DNA of 32,000 bases from Longivirga aurantiaca (GTDB lineage Bacteria; Actinomycetota; Actinomycetes; S36-B12; CAIYMF01), in assembly GCF_042660085.1 (NCBI RefSeq), contig NZ_JBHSTI010000008.1, positions 2,332,543 to 2,364,542 of the forward strand, given 5' to 3'. Positions 28,552 to 32,000 of the stretch are shown piece after piece. Each line of letters opens with the position of its first letter. Within the stretch, counting starts at the first letter, position 1. The notes under the pieces were generated by a model. The model ran no database searches and was not told the origin of the DNA. It was given only the letters and a program-made list of their open reading frames with translations. Position numbers and translations under genes: made by a program.

Positions 28552-30219
28552 CTACGACACGAGCGGGAACGTCGTCGTCACGAGGTACGCGAGCGGCACA
28601 CCCTGCACCACCGCGACGGACCACGGCAGACGCGCCCGACGCGTCACGGTCTGGCCGTACACGAGCAGCAGCCCGAGCACGATCGCCATGAGCGGCACGA
28701 GCAGCGTCAGGAACCCTGGCGCGCCGAGCACCACCACCGACGCGAGCAGGACGACGACGGCGACCACGCGCGTCACCAGGGCGAGCCACCACCGCGCACC
28801 CACGAGCCGGTCGTCGGCCCAGAACCACGCGATGAACGCGAGCTCGACCACGAGCAGCCACGACCGCCTGTCGCCCGCGAGGTCGAACGCCGACCACGTC
28901 ATGCGGCCGACGAGCCCGAGCGCCACCACGCCGTACGCCGTCAGCGCCATCACCGCGAGCACCTCGCGCAGCACGTACCCGGACGGCGCGACGACGTCGG
29001 CGTCGACCGCGCGCGCGGGAGGCAGCCAGGACGCACGACGGCGCACGAGCGTGGTCAGGAGCGCCACCACCGCGCCGGCGCAGACGAACCACACGATGAC
29101 GTAGCCGCCGACGGCGAGCGGCACGCGTGCGGCCACCCCGGCGAGCGCCGCCGCGGCGAGCGAGCCGACGGCCGAGGCCACCACCGCGACGCCGAGGGCG
29201 ACGAGCGCGCGCGGGCGGGGCGCCTCCGCCGGCCCGCCCTCTCCTGGGGTCCGCGCGGGGAGCAGCAGCCGCGCCAACGGCACGAACCCCACGGCCGCAC
29301 CGACCATGAGCAGCAGCAGCCACAGGATGCGCGAGCCTCCGGCGTCGTGACCGGACGACGGCGCGCCCACGGTGGTGTCGAGCCAGTCGAGCGTCTGCTG
29401 GCGCGTGTCCGCCGAGAACAGGATCGTGATGTGGTCCGCACGCGGCACGACGTCGGCCGCGCGCGCCGTGCCGTCGACCGGCGAGCCGTACCCCGGGCCG
29501 ACGACCCCGTCCGGGTACGCCGCCCGCAGCCCCTCGAGCGCAGCATCGACGAACCGCTGCTGCTCGTTGCCGCCGTACAGCAGCAGGAGGTTGCGCGGCA
29601 CCAGCGCGGAACCTGCAGGCAGGTCGTCGGCCGAGGGCAGCGACAGGGCCACCGTGGCGCCGAGCGGCACCTGGCCCTCGCCCTGCGACGCCGCGACGGC
29701 GTACCGCGTGACGGCCCCCGCACCCATGGAGTGGCCGACGAGCGCGATCGGTCGCGACGGCTCGGCGAACGGCTGCTGCGACGCCCACCGTGCGACGGCG
29801 GCAAGATCCGCGTCGATCGCGTCGGTCGCGACCACGCCGTCGCTCACGGGCAGCGGCACCGGGTTGCGTCCGTGCCCGGTGAGATCGGGCAGGACGACGG
29901 CGTACCCGGCCCGGGCGAGGGAGACACCGAGGTCGTCCATGAGCTGTGCCGAGCCGGCGAAGCCGTGCACCACGACGACCACCGGATGCGGCGCGTCGCC
30001 GTCCTCTACGAGCGTCGTCACCGGCACAGCGGTGTCCGGCACCCCGGCGTCGGCGAAGCCGGGGGCGACCGAGCGCTGCACGAGCGCGGTACCGCGCTCG
30101 AGCCCGGCGCTCTGGCCCGCGAGCACGAGAGTGGCGGGCAGCGTCAGCAGGAGGGCGACGAGCCCGAGCACCCACGAGGAGAGCCGCCGCGTTCCGGTCG
30201 CCGACCGAGGGGTGCTCAT
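28552..30219 (-). CDS. Alpha/beta hydrolase domain fused to a C-terminal polytopic membrane domain
   Basis: An N-terminal TM/signal segment (RRLSSWVLGLVALLLTLPATLVLAG) is followed by the hydrolase core VVVVHGFAGS..LVGHSMGAG (nucleophile elbow GxSxG) and then ~270 aa with about 7 hydrophobic helices. The start is ATG 30219; the track ORF start (31146) is an artefact. Confidence 0.8.
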   Translation of the reverse strand: MSTPRSATGTRRLSSWVLGLVALLLTLPATLVLAGQSAGLERGTALVQRSVAPGFADAGVPDTAVPVTTLVEDGDAPHPVVVVVHGFAGSAQLMDDLGVSLARAGYAVVLPDLTGHGRNPVPLPVSDGVVATDAIDADLAAVARWASQQPFAEPSRPIALVGHSMGAGAVTRYAVAASQGEGQVPLGATVALSLPSADDLPAGSALVPRNLLLLYGGNEQQRFVDAALEGLRAAYPDGVVGPGYGSPVDGTARAADVVPRADHITILFSADTRQQTLDWLDTTVGAPSSGHDAGGSRILWLLLLMVGAAVGFVPLARLLLPARTPGEGGPAEAPRPRALVALGVAVVASAVGSLAAAALAGVAARVPLAVGGYVIVWFVCAGAVVALLTTLVRRRASWLPPARAVDADVVAPSGYVLREVLAVMALTAYGVVALGLVGRMTWSAFDLAGDRRSWLLVVELAFIAWFWADDRLVGARWWLALVTRVVAVVVLLASVVVLGAPGFLTLLVPLMAIVLGLLLVYGQTVTRRARLPWSVAVVQGVPLAYLVTTTFPLVS

Positions 30220-30282
30220 GGCGTCGGACGCTACCGCCGACGACGCGATCGCGCGCCCGCGCGGGCACCGCACCGCGTCACG

Positions 30283-30867
30283 GTGAAGCCGCGTGAGGTG
30301 GACGCGTCCGGCCGGGCGACCTGCGACGCGCGCGACCGCGTCAAACCCGCGAGATGCGCGAACGGCGCGGCCAGCGTTCCCGCATGCTTCGGCGCGCTGC
30401 GCTGCGCGATCGACAACCTCAACGGCGACAACGTCGAGCGGATCGGCTTCCCGCAGGGCAGCCGGCACGTCTTCTGCTACTACAACGCAGTGACGCCGCC
30501 GCCGGACGCCGGCACGATCGTGGTGCGCAAGCAGCTGGCGGCCGGGTCCGCGGGGACGACGGCCCTGCCCGACACGGTGGCGCTGCGCGACCCGACCACC
30601 TGCACGGTGGCCGAGACCGCGAGCGGCGTACGCAGCGAGGCCCCCGCGGTGACCACCACGATGTCGGTGAACGATGCGGACGGCGTCCGCACGACCAGCG
30701 CGTCGGTCGCGGTCGGCAGCGGTGAGCTCTCGAGCGTCGACGTCCTCAACGCGTACGACGCCCTCGCGCCCAGCGGTGCCTCGTCGGCGACGCCGGCGTA
30801 CGCGCTGGCCGGCCTGGTCCTGCTGCTGCTCGGCGCCGCGGCGTACGCCGTGGGTTCGAGGGCCTGA
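30283..30867 (+). CDS. Cys-rich hypothetical protein with a C-terminal cell-surface sorting-signal-like tail; no signal peptide, so possibly a gene remnant
   Basis: Strong GC3 bias runs from ~30340 to TGA 30865-30867. The tail is ..VDVLNAYDALAPSGASSATPAYALAGLVLLLLGAAAYAVGSRA*, that is an LAxxG-like motif, a hydrophobic helix and a basic end. The start is unresolved (GTG 30283 or 30298). This is only the last ~190 aa of the 817-aa track ORF. Confidence 0.45.
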   Translation: MKPREVDASGRATCDARDRVKPARCANGAASVPACFGALRCAIDNLNGDNVERIGFPQGSRHVFCYYNAVTPPPDAGTIVVRKQLAAGSAGTTALPDTVALRDPTTCTVAETASGVRSEAPAVTTTMSVNDADGVRTTSASVAVGSGELSSVDVLNAYDALAPSGASSATPAYALAGLVLLLLGAAAYAVGSRA

Positions 30868-30887
30868 GCGCGTCGCACGCCTGAGCC

Positions 30888-30950
30888 CGTTCCCGGGCCC
30901 GGCCCGGGAACGACCGAGCCCCCCTCGCCCGAAGGCGAGGGGGGCTCGGT
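30888..30950. terminator. Two adjacent hairpins between the convergent genes (bidirectional terminator region; serves cspA)
   Basis: Hairpin 1: CGTTCCCGGGC/GCCCGGGAACG, an 11-bp stem at 30888-30912. Hairpin 2: ACCGAGCCCCCCTCGCC, loop cgaa, GGCGAGGGGGGCTCGGT, a 17-bp perfect stem at 30913-30950. Confidence 0.6.
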
Positions 30951-30962
30951 GCGAGCGTGGTC

Positions 30963-31166
30963 TCAGACCGCGCGGACGTTCTCGGCCTGCGGGCCCTTCT
31001 GGCCCGTACCGATCTCGAACTCCACGCGCTGGTTCTCCTCGAGGGAGCGGTAGCCGCTGCCCACGATCGCCGAGAAGTGAACGAACACGTCGGTGTCCGA
31101 GCCGTCCGGCGAGATGAAGCCGAAGCCCTTCTCCGCGTTGAACCACTTGACAGTGCCCTGCGCCAT
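30963..31166 (-). CDS. cspA: Cold-shock protein (CspA family)
   Basis: [34 protein letters not shown] carries RNP1 (KGFGFI) and RNP2 (VFVHF). GAGGAG lies upstream of ATG 31166. A long upstream untranslated region is typical of csp genes. Confidence 0.95.
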   Translation of the reverse strand: MAQGTVKWFNAEKGFGFISPDGSDTDVFVHFSAIVGSGYRSLEENQRVEFEIGTGQKGPQAENVRAV

Positions 31167-31530
31167 TACATGTCTCCTCATGGGGACGGTTCAGGCCGCA
31201 CCTTGTGCGCGGACCCGGGTTGCTTCCGCCGTTGTGTCAGACCTGCCCAAGGGGACGTGTCTTGCGAGGCACCGATTCCGGCGAGCCGGAGGGTTCCCAG
31301 GACGAACGAAGTGCTGCAACCGCCGGAAGCATACCCAGATCCCCGCGCACGACACCATGCCTGCGCCGCTCGGGGGATGTGTCGTGACCTCACGGTGACC
31401 GGGCGCCCTGAGCACGCTGGGCCCGGATTCGTGCTCAGCACGGCGCCCCGTGGGCCCCACGGGCCGCTCGGGCCCTGCGTTCCGACTAACGGACGCGGCG
31501 GGCACCGGGCCTGGCAGGTAGCGTCGCGGC

Positions 31531-31857
31531 ATGAGCGAGAGCCCCGAGAGCCTTCCCCGCCGCCACCAGATCGAGGTGCCGACCGAGCTCGTCGTGGGCG
31601 TGCCCGCGGACTTCGCCTCGGTGTGGCACACCCCCGAGTCGTTCGTCATCGACTTCCTGTCCGCGCGCGGCCCGGCGCAGATCGTCGACGACCAGGGCGG
31701 CCCGGTCCTGAGCCAGGACCTCGTGGTGAGCGCGCGCGTGCGCATGCCCCCGACCCATGTCATCGAGCTCATGAAGGCGCTCGAGCGCCAGCTCTCCACG
31801 TGGGAGACCCAGACCGGCCAGCGCAGCCCGGTCGAGCCCCCGCACCCCGACCTGTAG
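31531..31857 (+). CDS. DUF3467 domain protein
   Basis: The 108-aa ORF has ..VGVPADFASVWHTPESFVIDFLS.. and ..ARVRMPPTHVIELMKALERQL, matching the DUF3467 pattern as I remember it. Confidence 0.8.
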   Translation: MSESPESLPRRHQIEVPTELVVGVPADFASVWHTPESFVIDFLSARGPAQIVDDQGGPVLSQDLVVSARVRMPPTHVIELMKALERQLSTWETQTGQRSPVEPPHPDL

Positions 31858-31969
31858 GCGCGCCCAGGATTGAGCGGCACGGCAGCCGCGCTTGAGCGTG
31901 GTGAGAGCCCCGAGGCCGATGATCACTCCACAACTTCATGCGTGCGGCCCCACCCGGCAGCCTCGATCA

Positions 31970-31981
31970 CCCCCCCCCCCC
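31970..31981. repeat. Homopolymeric C12 (G12 on the minus strand) tract
   Basis: There are twelve consecutive C residues at 31970-31981, in non-coding-looking sequence downstream of the DUF3467 gene and 19 nt from the window end. Confidence 0.9.
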
Positions 31982-32000
31982 GGTCGAGCCTGCTACCCCC

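Noticed and set aside
30255-30266. The perfect 12-bp palindrome GCCCGCGCGGGC between the hydrolase gene and the surface-anchor-like ORF, considered as a possible operator.
   Set aside because: Short all-GC palindromes are expected frequently by chance in DNA of this composition, and I saw no second copy or partner half-site.
28414-30282. The N-terminal ~620 aa of the 817-aa plus-strand ORF, together with similar long ORFs (4905-6854, 4918-6783, 14082-16052, 20418-22340, 22297-23958, 26473-28359).
   Set aside because: All are antisense to, or out of frame with, genes that carry clear family motifs. Their translations are low-complexity and rich in R, G, P, A, D, H and E. None carries a recognisable domain.

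Overview
Very GC-rich actinobacterial chromosomal segment with about 30 protein-coding genes, mostly on the minus strand. I saw no rRNA, tRNA or CRISPR array. The many long Arg/Pro/Gly-rich ORFs in the six-frame track are antisense or out-of-frame artefacts of the GC content.

The backbone is conserved housekeeping: mec-cysO-cysM (sulfur-carrier cysteine synthesis), a DUF2017 gene with clpS, a class-V PLP enzyme, a secreted GH18 hydrolase, a GH1 beta-glucosidase with an MFS transporter, an RDD protein, Lrp/AsnC and IclR regulators, PBP4, HdeD/DUF308, a polar amino-acid ABC transporter, a DEAH helicase, DUF3039, YqgE/AlgH, a WhiB3/WhiD-like regulator, GTP-PEPCK, cspA and DUF3467.

Findings, best-supported first:
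1. An opsin-blh cassette (2226-4187) sits between mec and the DUF2017/clpS genes. It encodes a DTE-motif proton-pump-type rhodopsin with Gly at the xanthorhodopsin carotenoid-antenna position. A 17-bp perfect hairpin follows. The downstream Brp/Blh retinal-forming dioxygenase gene is broken by a single in-frame TAA (3453-3455), although all four signature histidines are intact.
2. An 878-bp segment (25549-26426) is bounded by 23-bp perfect (37/44 extended) terminal inverted repeats. It carries an internally shortened DUF559/AbiEi-like gene and lies between the whiB stop codon and the pckG terminator hairpin, so it looks like a discrete insertion.
3. Smaller oddities: a 14-bp x3 tandem repeat upstream of the DUF3039 gene; an MFS gene with no canonical start codon for its first TM helix; an orphan surface-anchor-like gene fragment with no signal peptide; a C12 homopolymer; a shared 12-mer containing a TAGGCT -10-like hexamer; and CRP/GlxR-like palindromes upstream of whiB and pckG.

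All family assignments come from reading motifs by eye and from memory of orthologues. No database search was run.
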